DNA of 63,268 nt, the filler included, from Intoshia linei (Eukaryota; Animalia; Orthonectida), in assembly GCA_001642005.1 (NCBI GenBank). It is 10 parts of 10 records of this genome, joined end to end, with 100 filler letters (N's around TTAATTAATTAA, not from the genome) between each part and the next. Parts side by side here need not be neighbours in the genome. Positions count along the whole stretch, not along the records: positions 49,428 to 56,883 come from LWCA01001606.1; positions 56,984 to 58,299 come from LWCA01002676.1; positions 58,400 to 61,952 come from LWCA01002134.1; positions 62,053 to 63,268 come from LWCA01002780.1; 6 more parts are not named here. One strand, given 5' to 3'. The notes under the pieces are model-generated. The model had not been told where the DNA came from, made no database searches, and saw only the letters and a program-made list of their open reading frames with translations. Positions 49,937 through 62,388 of this stretch are shown here, in pieces; the stretch's first letter is position 1, and each line of letters opens with the position of its first letter. Made by a program: the position numbers and the translations under genes.

Positions 49937-50280
49937 TGTAAACCATAGTGTATTATATTTTTAAATAAACTTATCTAATGACTAAAATGTATTAGCAAAC
50001 CTGATGCGTAAATCATTTAATAAACTAATTACATACTATTATTGTATTATTATACATATATTACATATCATATACACGCCTTGAAACCCCGCAGTCTCAA
50101 TCAATTTTACATTGAGAAATGTGTTTTTGGTGGAGGTTAATTATATTTTTTTCGAGAGACACCTGTGCCATTATTAAAATAACTAGAAAAAATGTTATTT
50201 ATGTATCGTAAATATATATACATTTTATATATAACTAAATATTATATTATAATATAGTATACAAATAAATATTAAAAATA

Positions 50281-50529
50281 CAGTATTCTCTCGACAACTC
50301 GTTATTAATTTAAAATATAAACTAAAAGTTTTAAAACCATTTTTCAAATTAAGTTACATTATTTTGTATTAAATTTTACAGTTTGTATCACAATTGTAAT
50401 TTGTATATTTTATTGCAATTTAACCTTTAATTTAAAGGTTTTATCCACTGTTTATATAGTTTCAAATTTTGTATCTCGTAAAATTTCTTAGCTAAATCTC
50501 AAGAATGGCGAGTTATAGAGAGAATACTG
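50281..50529. mobile_element. pogo/Tigger-like MITE
   Basis: TA TSD; TIR CAGTATTCTCTCGACAACTCG / CGAGTTATAGAGAGAATACTG. Confidence 0.85.
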
Positions 50530-51577
50530 TATTTCAATAATTTCAAATTTATTAAAATCTATTTATACTAGCTGCAGTTGCTGCTATACCCCAAATCGGT
50601 AAACTTTCAAATTTATAATTAAAACTCAGTCAGGCCTGATGATAGTGAAAAAATGAATGACAAAAAAATTTTAAAAAATTATATTTTTATTTACTGTTGG
50701 AAATATAACTGATTATAATTCACAATTATTAATCTATCACAGTACGACTTAACCGCATTTGCATCAGAAAATTTTGTTTGATTATTATAATAATTATAAA
50801 TAATCATAAATAATCAATAATTATCCATTACCATTAATACACCATTTCCGCACTAATCGACCTTAATTCTTTGATGGGTGTGACACCCTAATAGACAGTT
50901 ATGACAATTCACAATATAATTTTTTAATAGCTAATTTTTAAAAATGTAGCCTTGAATGGGTATCTGAAGGGTAGATTCTGCACTATGTAATAGGCTTGGT
51001 AATGTATCTATAATTGTATAATTTATCGGTAAACGAATTTAAAAACCATGAAGTTAATAAACCAACTCATTAAATAAATCGATACAACTGCTTAGTTTAC
51101 TTCAGGATGTTCCAAATTAGATGGAAAAAATTGTTATTTAAACTTTTTTAGCATGCAGGAATAGTTAATTCCCTGTATATAGTCATACTTTTGAGTTTAC
51201 ACACTAGCTGAATTGGTATTATAATTCATCCATTGCTAACCCTAGTGTGTGGTTAGATTTTTAAATTAAAATATAATGTATGTATATTTAACATTATAAA
51301 ATTAGGTCAACAACAAATGGGTTAATATTTTTTTAANATTTATTTTAATTGAATAGAAATTCTAATAATTCAGTTATTCACAGTACAATTAAAATTATTA
51401 TTAAAATTACGAGATTGAGTTAACAGAATTTTCTATTACAAAAATTGATTATTAAAATTATGAGAGTCAGTTAACAACAGAATTTTCAAGTAGAACAACA
51501 ATGGACCAAATAAGGTGACGACACTTGTAACGATTGGCAGAGAAGAACTCACATAAGTTCATTTTAAATAAAAAGAT

Positions 51578-51649
51578 GTCAAAATCGGGATCCGAACTCT
51601 AGCCACGCAGCATACAATTATATGACTATAACCACTCTGCAAGTTAGAC
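51578..51649 (-). pseudogene. Degenerate tRNA-like sequence (tRNA pseudogene or SINE head)
   Basis: 72 nt with A-box-like TTGCAGAGTGGTTA and B-box-like GAGTTCGGATCCC at tRNA spacing; stems poorly paired. Confidence 0.45.
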
Positions 51650-52550
51650 ATCACAAGCGAATTATATCAAAAGTATATATTCGAATTTCTATTAGTACGA
51701 TAGTTATATATCACTACTACACTAATAAAAAGTAATAAATTATAAACATTATAGCACATTAAGATTTAGATTAATAATAATAAATATTGTAATAAAGTAT
51801 AGTTCACATTTCAATTATAAAAATATCATAAATATTTTTAATTTTAGGCGGGATTAATTTCAATTAAATTAATTAATTTTCACATATTTGTGATCAGTAT
51901 CATCATATCACATCATCATATTCATCATATCAGAATAGATCAGATATAGTGCATAAAAACACACCTATATGCAAATATACTTTTCGATCTTTAAAAAAGT
52001 GGACACCCTAATATTTAACTATCGAAACATAAAAAATTGATAAAACATGACATTCAAACGGTTAAAACCTTGCTTTGAAGTGTAAAATAATTGGATTATA
52101 AATGTTAATTGATTTAAAATTTATCAAAACAATTGAATAAACTGTACATTTTTGTGATTTTAAGTTGATAAATTATATTTTCATTAATTTTTGTTTATCA
52201 CTCTTAAAATTGGATACATTTGAATGTTACTACCACTAGGACATTTTCCATTACGCCTTAATGTGCCAATTCACTGTATCATTATATAGAGTGCATAATA
52301 TGTACTGCATATTATACATATAAAATTATAAAATTAGATCAACAACAAATGTATAGACAACAAATGTATGCACAACAAATGGGTTAATATTTTTTTAAAA
52401 TTACAATGTCAATATTACACTTATATACACGGTTTAGCACGCGCAGAACGTGATATTATATGTTTTTTCCAATCATACAGATTTGAAATACCTTATAATT
52501 TGTACACATTTTTGTCATTTTGAGAACTGGGTTGATAAAACTATATTTAA

Positions 52551-52938
52551 TAGGGTGTCCACTTTTGACACTTTTTGTTGAATTAGAAAAAGTATATTTT
52601 ACTGAACATTGGAAATGTAATTTAGAACATAAATATCCAAGAAAAAATACCAAAGTCTATAATTTATTCCACCTGAAAATTTTTAAACCTTTTTAAAAAA
52701 ACTAACTTTATTTAAATTTATTAATTAAAATTATTGAATTTTGACAAAAGTTTTAACTCTAATTTTTGATCAGTTCGAACTGTTGTTCTTAAGATTTCCA
52801 TTTGTGCAAGGGCGCGTTTCGATACCTCATTAGTAAATGCTACCTTCATAGGCTTTGATTTCACATTCCAGTGTCGACGAATACATTTACTAGCTGAAAC
52901 ATATTTTCCATCTAAAAAACTGTCTAATTCACCCCAAT
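52551..52938 (-). mobile_element. hATm element 3' end with transposase C-terminus
   Basis: TAGGGTGTCCACTTTT after ATATTTAA; ORF W...YVSA...NV...FTNEVSKRALA; matching AAAAGTGGACACCCTA-ATATTTAA end at 52010. Confidence 0.7.
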
Positions 52939-53366
52939 NAATTACAATGTCAATATTACACTTATATACACGGTTTAGCACGCGCAGAACGTGATATTAT
53001 ATGTTTTTTCCAATCATACAGATTTGAAATACCTTATAATTTGTACACATTTTGGTCATTTTGATAACTAGGTTAATAAAACTATATTTAACTATCGAAA
53101 CATAAAAAATTGATATAACGTGACATTCAAACGGTTATAACCTTGATTTGAAGTGTAAAATAATTTGATTATAATTGTTAATTGATTCAAAATTTTTCAA
53201 AACAATTGAATAAACTGTCCATTTTTGTAATTTTAAGTTGATAAATTATATTTTAATTAATTTTTGGTCCATCACACTTAAAATTGGATAAATCTCGAAT
53301 GTTACTGCCACTAGGACATTTTCCATTCCGCCGTAATGTGCCAATTCACTGTATCATCATATAGAG

Positions 53367-54342
53367 CAGTGTTTCCCAACCTGGGCGATTTGACTTTTTT
53401 ACTGGGCGATGCGAAAATATGTAAAAAAAATATATATTTTTAATTTTTTTTAACAAATTAAATTTTCAATTTTATCAAATAAAAAAAAATTGAATTAAAT
53501 TGAACAATAATTAATTTATTAAGAGTTTGACAATATAAGTTATCTAACACCAATTATCTGTGTGTAAGTATATTGCCTTGTAAGAAATAATTTGAGACTG
53601 ATATGCTGCAACAAAATTATATCAGTGTGTATTAAAAAATTACAAATCTTTAGTTATAATTTAGCAAAAAAGGAATTATACCAATTTCCTAGATTGCTTT
53701 CTATAAAAAACGAAATAAATTGTACTGATATAAAAAAATTTGTTGATCACATTAATAATCTTAAAAAAGACATAGAAGGTAGCTTCATTGACATATTAGA
53801 TCTAAAAATAAATGATTGGATGACCGATCCATTTTCTGCTGATATTGCATGTTGAGAAGAATTGTTAGAAATTCAACATAATGAAAAGTGTTCAAATGAC
53901 TATAAGATAGGTAATTATATACAAATGTGGCAAAATATTAGAATGTCTCAACTTTATCAAAATATATGAAAACAAATTCTAAACTTAACGATTCCCTTTA
54001 ATCTTCATATTTAGTTGAAAAAGGTTTTAGTGCCGTAAATCACATAATGTCAAAGAAAAGGATTAATATGGATATTATTAAAAGAGGAGATATTCGTTTA
54101 TTCCGGTTAAAAATTGAACCCAATATAAAAAGATTGGTTAACGACCATGAAGCGCAAAGATCACATTAAATGGAATTATCTTATTCGCTAATAATAATTT
54201 CATAATACATGCATACCATATACAAATGTATATAACGTTACTTTTTGAAATTAAAATTTTATTTTTACTGAGCGATAAAAATAATATACTTAATAAAATT
54301 CTATAAAATAGACAATAACGCAAAATGGGTTGGGAAACACTG
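53367..54342 (+). mobile_element. Buster-type hAT element, internally deleted, with transposase C-terminus
   Basis: TIR CAGTGTTTCCCAACC / GGTTGGGAAACACTG; perfect TSD ATATAGAG; WMTDPF, SYLVEKGFSAV...KRGDIRL..IEPNI..L..HEAQRSH*. Confidence 0.92.
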
Positions 54343-54877
54343 ATATAGAGTGTATATTATACATATAAAATTATAAAATTAGGCCAACCGCAATTTAATG
54401 GACAACAAATGGGTTATTATTTTTAAATATTTATCAATTGAAATGAATATATTCTACAATGTAAGCATAATACATCCAAGTTCCTTAATAAAGTTAATTC
54501 CTAAAAATGAGTAATTAATTACTTGAAAAGTTTATTGAATTCGTTATTATATTAAAATACAACAATTTAAAATAATTTATGATTTCAATTTCAAATAAAA
54601 TTTCGAATTGTTTTTTTAGATTTTCAATAGTAATCGCTTTTGCCTTACTTTATAAAGTAGTAAAATATGTCGACTAAAATACTACATACTGCAATAATTC
54701 ATTAATACATAATGTATTAACAAAGTTTGATAAAATTAAAATTATTATAATTTAAAAATTAGGTTATCAAAACCATATACCACAATACAGTAAATATGTT
54801 CAATTTATTATTTTATAATTATAATAATGTACTCAAAAAATCAACACCTTGGGTCAATTGGTAACTATTTTTTAGAT

Positions 54878-55150
54878 TAGGGGTGCACAAGCTGCGGCCG
54901 TAGGTAATCCATGTGATCATAATGCAGTACATTGTACAATCTACATTGTACATATCATTTTAATTCAAATTGAAAAGTTTAATTAAGATTTTATTCAAGG
55001 ATTATTTAATTTTATTAACATATTTATATTAAAAAGTTGAATTTTTCACTTTGGTCACTTTCTCAGTATTAAAGTAAATTTTGTGCGGCCGTAGTATCAA
55101 TTAATAGAATAGCTTTACGGCTAAATTGGTAAAAAGGTTGTGAAACCCTG
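54878..55150. mobile_element. hAT MITE
   Basis: TIR TAGGGGTGCACAA / TTGTGAAACCCTG; perfect TSD TTTTAGAT. Confidence 0.8.
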
Positions 55151-55491
55151 TTTTAGATCAAGTGGTATTTGGAACCTAGCAATCAATATACTTTTCTTTT
55201 TTGTTATATTAATTAAACAATTAATACTAGTTTTTAAGTTCTTAAATTTATATTTAATTGACCTTAAAATGGAATATTTCCATGTTGATTAGGGATTACT
55301 GGTCTCTGTTAATGCATATACTTAATAATTAACTTGTATTGAAATTTGAAATTTTGATTATAGTGTATTATAAATTATAATACATTGTATACATATAAAA
55401 TAATATAATATAGTACATATAATTATATATATTAATTATAAATTTAGGTTCTACTAATCTAAACAGTAATACGAATTTATTGAAAGTTATA

Positions 55492-55929
55492 CAGGGTGTT
55501 CATTTGAAAAATATACTTTCAATGTATATTCACATAGAAAAAGTATAGTTATAATAAAGTTCAAAGCCATTTATATGTAAACTTTTTGAAACTAAATTTG
55601 AATGAAATTATGATTTTCACTAATTGGCCAGAAAAATAAGTACTATAACTTTTAGTTTATTTGGAATAAATTTTAAGCCGAAAATTTTTATTCGTCATCA
55701 TTAATAAGTAGTTTTTGGTTTATATTTATCACCAAATAAACTAAAATTGATAGTACGTATTTTTTCTAACATCTATTTTAATGGATGAAAGATTATGCCT
55801 AGTTCAAGACATGATTAAACATGGAAAATTTAATATAATTGTATGAGATTTATTAAGTAGTTATTGGTAATGATTATTACTAAACTTAACTGATTTTATC
55901 AACAGTATAGTCATAAAATGAACACTCTG
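55492..55929. mobile_element. Tc1/mariner MITE
   Basis: TA TSD; TIR CAGGGTGTTCATTT / AAATGAACACTCTG. Confidence 0.8.
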
Positions 55930-56983
55930 TATTAGTTGAATCAATGATTCATATATTATAATATTTATATATTGTTGGGTCTCAAAATCGACATCTCTTC
56001 GAACTCACCACCAAAAGGACCCTTAATAAAAATAATGAAAACATGTAATTTCAATTTCTTAAGCTCTCAAGTGTCCACTTTAAAAAGATGTGATTATATA
56101 ATTTTGGTACATTATATTAAAATTAATTTTAAATTAGAATCAAAATTATAAAATTAAAATTTATAGTACAACGTGGGGGGTGACACCATAATTGTAACAA
56201 TGGAAACTTACTATAATATTGTTTTTGTTGTTTTTTTGAAATAAAGTTATATTCTAAAGGGATAATTAAAATAATCAGCGCAACTCGAATAACTATCGTT
56301 AGATATTTTTAATTCGATGTAATGTTTCTATTTTAATAACACTCAGAGTGATTACTAATCGTCCATTAAATTCTAAAAATTTTCAAAAAATGTGACACCC
56401 TAATCATTAGGGCCTAATATGTATAGTATATATAACGGGTTAAATATATGTGTTGTTCCGTTTAAGTTCTGTATGAGTTAACAAAATTTTTAGATGGCAA
56501 AAATGTAGGTATTTTGTAATCGGTTAAAGTTGAGAATATATATTAAACCATAAAATCAATTCTGTTAACTGGAACTTATACTGTACGACACTTACATAAT
56601 CATTATATATACCATGTAATTATTATACTCATATAATCATATAATTAGAAAAGCAAAAAGTCCTTAACACCGGCAGTAATTATTAGTTACTAATATACAC
56701 TATCATAGCATTTACTGTCATTTTCATAAACTTTTTATTTCAAAAAAAACTCTGATTAAATTTTATTTTCTGTTTATTAAGTTATTAATATAAAAAAGTA
56801 TTTATGGAATTGACTAATACTAATACAGTCAAAATCTCATTTAACGAAAATGGCAAAACGTTAAAATGGCATATTCGTTAAATNNNNNNNNNNNNNNNNN
56901 NNNNNNNNNNNNNNNNNNNNNNNNNNNTTAATTAATTAANNNNNNNNNNNNNNNNNNNNNNNNNNNNNNNNNNNNNNNNNNNN

Positions 56984-57600
56984 TCTAAATTTAAGGTAAC
57001 ATTGTACTTTTTAAGAGTATCTAGAACGGCTGTTAATGTTCTATCATGTTCTTCAACTAAATGACCATAAATAAGTATGTTGTCCAACATATTGCTCACA
57101 TTACTTATATTTTTCAAAATAGTAGAAATAAATTTTTGGAAAAAAGATGGCACAGATGCCAAACCGTATGGTACTCTTTTGTATTGATGTATTGTAAACC
57201 AAATTCTGTAATAAATGCAGTTAGATATCGTGAATTTTTGTCTAATTCAATTTGATTATAAGCTTGTTTCAAATCTAATTTTTAAAAAAATTGACATCCA
57301 TTAGTATTATTAAATATTTTATCTATTAAAGGCAGAGGATATGTGTCAATTTCTATATTTTTATTTAAATTTCTTAAGTCCACACATAATCTTATATCAC
57401 CATTTTTTTTAGATGCAACTACGATAGCACTTGTCCATTCACTTCTATCAATTTATTCAATTATACCCGTTTTTAATAATTCATTAATCTTATTTTTAAC
57501 TGTATCATATAGTATCGAGGGTGTACGGCGAATTTTAACTATAACAGGCACATAATTTTTTTTAATGTAATGGTTAATTTGAAATCATTTACTTTAGATA
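56984..57600 (-). mobile_element. Ty3/gypsy LTR retrotransposon reverse-transcriptase pseudogene
   Basis: SEWTSAIVVASKKNGDIRLCVDLRNLNK..DTYPLP, KLDLKQAYNQIEL, TAFIT, ASVPSFFQ, MLDNILIYG..EEHD; stops and a frameshift. Confidence 0.92.
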
Positions 57601-58399
57601 ATTATGAAATATTTTCCTGTTTTGGTACTTATAGAATTAATTTTATCAAGTACCATAAATTATTTTAGTTATTTAGTTATTACTTTAATTAAGTTATTTT
57701 TAATTTTAATATAATGAACGATCGATTAAGCAATGCATAATATGCATTGCATATAGATCCTTTTTTAAAAAAAATTATAGGGGCCTACTGCTGGCTCTCC
57801 ACGGTCATGCATGTATGAAGAGCTGTGATTATACAAAATATATGTCACATTTCACTAATTTTGTGTAAAGTTTACAGTTAATAATTATAAATTAAAATTT
57901 AATTGACGTACCAATTCTTTCTGTCTTTAAATCATATTCATTATATTTTTTGATCATAATATAAGTTTCATTACTATATGTATCAATTTCTATAATAAGT
58001 AATATATGATAAAAACAATTGTTCACAATTAATGTTTATATACATTAGGGCAGTGGTTCGTAACTGAAGGTGCATAATCAATTTGTGGGGTGTACAGAGC
58101 TATTTTTAATTTTTTTTAATTACATTAATAAAATAATTAATTATTTTTCTAAATAAATAAAATTACATAGTTAATATTTTTATTATCAACAAAAACATTT
58201 CGATGTAAGACATAATTTCATCTTGTTAATACTTATTAAGTTAAATTAATAATTAACGCTCATTGAATTTATTCACAATCATTTAATAATCAAATTAATN
58301 NNNNNNNNNNNNNNNNNNNNNNNNNNNNNNNNNNNNNNNNNNNTTAATTAATTAANNNNNNNNNNNNNNNNNNNNNNNNNNNNNNNNNNNNNNNNNNNN

Positions 58400-58690
58400 T
58401 GATGACATATATTCAGTATCAATTTAATAAATACATTATAAATATTTCAGTCAAATTTTACCATTATTGCACAGGATTCTAATATATAATTCTGTTTGTT
58501 TTATGCTGGTTAATTTAATAGCAATATCTCCTTTTGACATATATTAATTTTGTTTTTATCTTTACTCAATATTCTGTTTATAGAATTGAATCCACTTTCA
58601 ACCATGTAATATTTTAAAAAACACAATAATATCCTTAACATTTCAGAATACATTAGTGGATAAAGACATTTTTAAGGCTCACATCTCCAT
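58400..58690 (-). mobile_element. Buster-type transposase C-terminal remnant
   Basis: YMVESGFNSINRILSKDKNKINI..GDIAIKLT. Confidence 0.65.
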
Positions 58691-58860
58691 AATACAAAAT
58701 ACATAAGGCCATATTTTTTTTGTCAAAAATATCAAAAATAACATATTTGACATTTTTAATAATATTTGTTGCTGCGCCCCCTAAATTTTGATAACGCCTA
58801 AATATTTTTTTCATAGACTATGTACCTGTAATAAACATATAGAAGAACTATAAATTGCCA

Positions 58861-59592
58861 GGCTAACAGAACTATTGGGAATTATCCAAAAATATGTTAA
58901 AATAAATATTATTTTAGTTACTATTAATTATAGATACATGTACTCATTTTAATTATTTTAAACTCTAAGGATATTTTTCGTAACGACCCGTGAGACACCT
59001 TAATGTCCAATGTACAATAAATAAAACGATTATTGGCTTATTTTTCAATATAGATAGTAAAAGACTTGAAAGGTAAACCAACGTTTCGGTTGTGGGTTAC
59101 GACTAAAGCGAGTGAAAATTTGACTACAACATTGTTGCAATCATGTTTAAAAATATGCTATGAAGTAATTAATTTTATAAACAAATGCATTTGAACATTA
59201 AAATAAAATATTAAAATTTACAATAAAACATTAAATAATAAAAATTAATTTATAAATTAATTTATTTTTATTTATTTATTTATTTTTTTTTTTTTTATTT
59301 ATTGTTAATTGGTAAATATTGTATCTGAATTAAGAAATAAAATTACATACAGTATGTAAAATACTGTACTGTTTAACTTTTATAATATATAATGTAGCCA
59401 CCGACTAGATTAAAATCAAATATATTACGTACTTTTGATAACGAGTCAATATCATAAATGATTGTATAATGATTCAAACTTTAAAAAAACATTAATTGCA
59501 TTGGCATGGTTTCATGGTGTTATTCAGGAGCGGCGATATTATATACCCCAAGGATAGACAAAACATTATTCATTTTCTTCAAATGATCTTTG
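58861..59592 (+). pseudogene. DYNC2H1: Cytoplasmic dynein-2 heavy chain fragment (AAA6/lid) with introns, a frameshift and a nonsense codon
   Basis: LTELLGII|..TFRLWVTTKASENLTTTLLQSCLKICYE|PPTRLKSNILRTF, frameshift, LIALAWFHGVIQERRYYIPQG*TKHYSFSSNDL (TAG at 59555-59557). Confidence 0.8.
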
Positions 59593-60031
59593 TAGTTAAA
59601 AAATTTAGTTGTCAGTCTCATTAATAATAGTAATTGTAAGTTTTTTAATTTATATATTGTCAACATTATTCATTTAAATTTGACCTTCATTTAAAATTTT
59701 ACATTTCATTACATTACATCGTTATATGAAAAAAACCAATTAATCAAAATTATCTTTTTATTTTTAAATTGATTGCAAAAAAATCAATTAATTGAAAAAT
59801 TCATATTTAACAAAAAATTAATTGGTTTATACAAAATAATTGATTACAGTCAACACAAAATTGCACCCACGTGTGGTGTGTCTTAGTCAGCTGTATCCAT
59901 TATAAAAAAAAATATGTCAAAATCAACACCCAAAAAAAACTATAATAGATATGTAGACTTTATAAAATTGTAAGACTGGTAGTTTATTGAAATAAACGAT
60001 AACACACTCACAGACAAGCATATTATATAAG

Positions 60032-60241
60032 CAGGGCTGTGTGGAATTGCTAGTAACAGCAACAGCGGCTGTTGTACCGGTACAGCAAGGCTGTTTTTCT
60101 AGCATAAGATTTAGAAAAAAATTTCTATGAAATATAGGTGAAATTTTCTAATTAACAATTATTCATTTATAAAAAAATTATAAAAAATATAAGCACTTGC
60201 TGTACTGAAAGCAAAATACAGCATTGCTGGTATCACCTCTG
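60032..60241. mobile_element. hAT MITE with ACAGC/GCTGT subterminal motifs
   Basis: CAGGG...CTCTG ends; perfect TSD TATATAAG. Confidence 0.75.
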
Positions 60242-60387
60242 TATATAAGTAAAGATTTGCCGATTTGCGATCGATTTTTTAAAGATATTTAATTGTGCTA
60301 TCCTATTAAAAATATTGTAAATCTCAACTATAATGTATATTAAACGTATATATATTAAAACAAAAAATTTAAATTTTCTATTTTTAG

Positions 60388-61253
60388 AATGGATATATTT
60401 ATCCTGAAAACATATTCTATTGGATTAATGACTAAAATATACGTAGGAATAGATGGTTCAGGTCGTTTTTTAGAATGGTTTCTAAAAAAAGTAATTTTAT
60501 ATGTTATGTACTTATATTAAAATACATATCAAAATTTTGATTACAGACTATAATCGTTTACACACAAATTGAGTACTACTCGCCCAAAAACACGACAGCC
60601 TAATCCGATTTGTATTACTTTTTTCAGTTTGATAGATTTCGGTGTAACTTTAAATTTTTTTTTCAGATTAAAATATCATACATATGTATATTACAGTTAA
60701 ATTTTATTAATAGAAATCTAATATTATTTTTCGTCATTTGATTAAAATGTAAAATCATTTTTTTAAATTTGTTAGCTAAAACAACATACAAAAAAATATT
60801 TTTTGTAAAAAAATTGAGAAACACTATATCAATGAATATAGAAAATTTTATAATCTAAAAATATGTGATTTTTTTGTTTTGAATTATTCATTATTATAGA
60901 CGGGCGCTTAAAAAAATGTNATTGCTAATGTTGGATATTAGATGTTTACTGTAAATTTATACTGTTTGATAAGATTTTGAAAGTGACTTCATTGTAAAAG
61001 TTATTTTGATCAAACAAGAAATTGCAGGGATGTATAATTATACATTATTATTATTATAATAACATAATAAAATTTAAATAAATGTTAATTTAAATATTTT
61101 TTATTAATCGTTAGTAATTTATTAAAATTAGATTAACCCAAACGACAAATTTAACAAACTATATTTTACATTGAAAGCGAACAGATGGTTTTCCTTGACA
61201 AAAAATAGTGCCAGTTTGACCTATGTTTGATTATGAATTTATAATTAAAACAG
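60388..61253 (+). pseudogene. PLAT/LH2-domain exons (LOXHD1-like), apparently disrupted
   Basis: MDIFILKTYSIGLMTKIYVGIDGSGRFLEWFLKK (60388-60490); ANRWFS then, in another frame, YEFIIKT-G|gt (start of a next PLAT repeat); single-N join between the exons. Confidence 0.6.
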
Positions 61254-61385
61254 GTAATTTGATTCAAGGCAGTATTTCCTATTTTCTTATTTGTGTTTTT
61301 ATTTGGTAATGAGAAAATTAAAAAATACATACAAAACACGTTAGCATATTTACATGTTTATGTTAATATTGAAAATAGTATAGAT

Positions 61386-61764
61386 CAGTAATTCTCAAGT
61401 AGTGGGTGGTAGGGTTTTTCTATATTATTTCACAAAATACATAATTTAAATTTTTTTTTAAAATTAAAATATCATACATATGTATATTACAGTTAAGTTT
61501 TTTTAATAGAAATCTAATATTATTTTTCGTCATTTGATTAAAATGTAAAATCATTTTTTTAAATTTGTTAGCTAAAACAACATACAAAAAAATATTTTTT
61601 GTAAAAAAATTGAGAAACACTATATCAATGAATATAGAAAATTTTATAATCTAAAAATATGTGATTTTTTTGTTTTGAATTATTCATTATTATAGACGGG
61701 CGCTTAAAAAAATGTGTAAATTTTTAGTTTAGAGGCGATTTTAAAAATAGGTTGAGAATTACTG
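61386..61764. mobile_element. hAT MITE; internal ~250 bp duplicated at 60667-60919
   Basis: TIR CAGTAATTCTCAA / TTGAGAATTACTG; perfect TSD GTATAGAT. Confidence 0.9.
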
Positions 61765-62052
61765 GTATAGATAATACACATTAGTGTGTTCAACTTAGTT
61801 TTTCTTTTCAGTACAGTACAACTAAGTACTTTTTAAATTTTCAAAACTCAGTAAGTACTGAAGTACTTCAAAATTTACATAACATCTCAAACAATTACAT
61901 AATCCTTATACAATTGATCATTATTTATTATATTAATAAATTATTGATGTACNNNNNNNNNNNNNNNNNNNNNNNNNNNNNNNNNNNNNNNNNNNNTTAA
62001 TTAATTAANNNNNNNNNNNNNNNNNNNNNNNNNNNNNNNNNNNNNNNNNNNN

Positions 62053-62388
62053 CTTATTAACGGAATTTTTTTAGCGAAAATACCATTTTAACAGAATTTT
62101 GAATTAATATATAATTTAAAAGTGATAAAATTTTTCTTTGACACCAAAAAACTGATGTGAACCCCAGGAATCCACATGGACCCCTTGATAATATTTTTTG
62201 TATATTATTTCGTCTTGTATTATTCAAATACAGTACTCATAATAACAAGAAATTTGACCATTTATTGGTTTTTATTTAAAAAAATTAAATTTCGTTAACA
62301 AGGGTGTTACTATGGAAATTTTCCATATTAACGGAAGTAGGAAATTTTCAATTCCGTTAATAAAGACTTAAATTGTATAATAATGTAC
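62053..62388. mobile_element. MITE with TTATTAACGGAAT inverted repeats; left end at a gap
   Basis: TTATTAACGGAATT at 62054 and AATTCCGTTAATAA at ~62371; internal TTAACGGAA motif. Confidence 0.5.

Larger units (their letters stand above)
52011..54430. repeat. Locally duplicated ~540-bp unit with different transposon insertions
   Basis: 52400-52550 matches 52940-53091; 52011-52395 matches 53084-53366 plus 54343-54425; unit end also at 51290-51336. Confidence 0.85.

Noticed and set aside
59555-59557. TAG at a conserved Trp as stop-codon reassignment
   Set aside because: The same exon has a frameshift, and other genes here use TGG for Trp (SARAF WEC, eIF3f GWF); a TGG>TAG mutation is simpler
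60667-60919. 250-bp direct repeat of 61463-61715 as a functional LTR
   Set aside because: It is the interior of the hAT MITE family and is cut off at the single-N join
9435-61253. Functional cluster of ciliary genes (RPGRIP1L, rootletin, DYNC2H1, PLAT protein)
   Set aside because: They are spread over contigs joined by gaps of unknown size, mixed with housekeeping genes, and two are broken; there is no evidence of co-regulation
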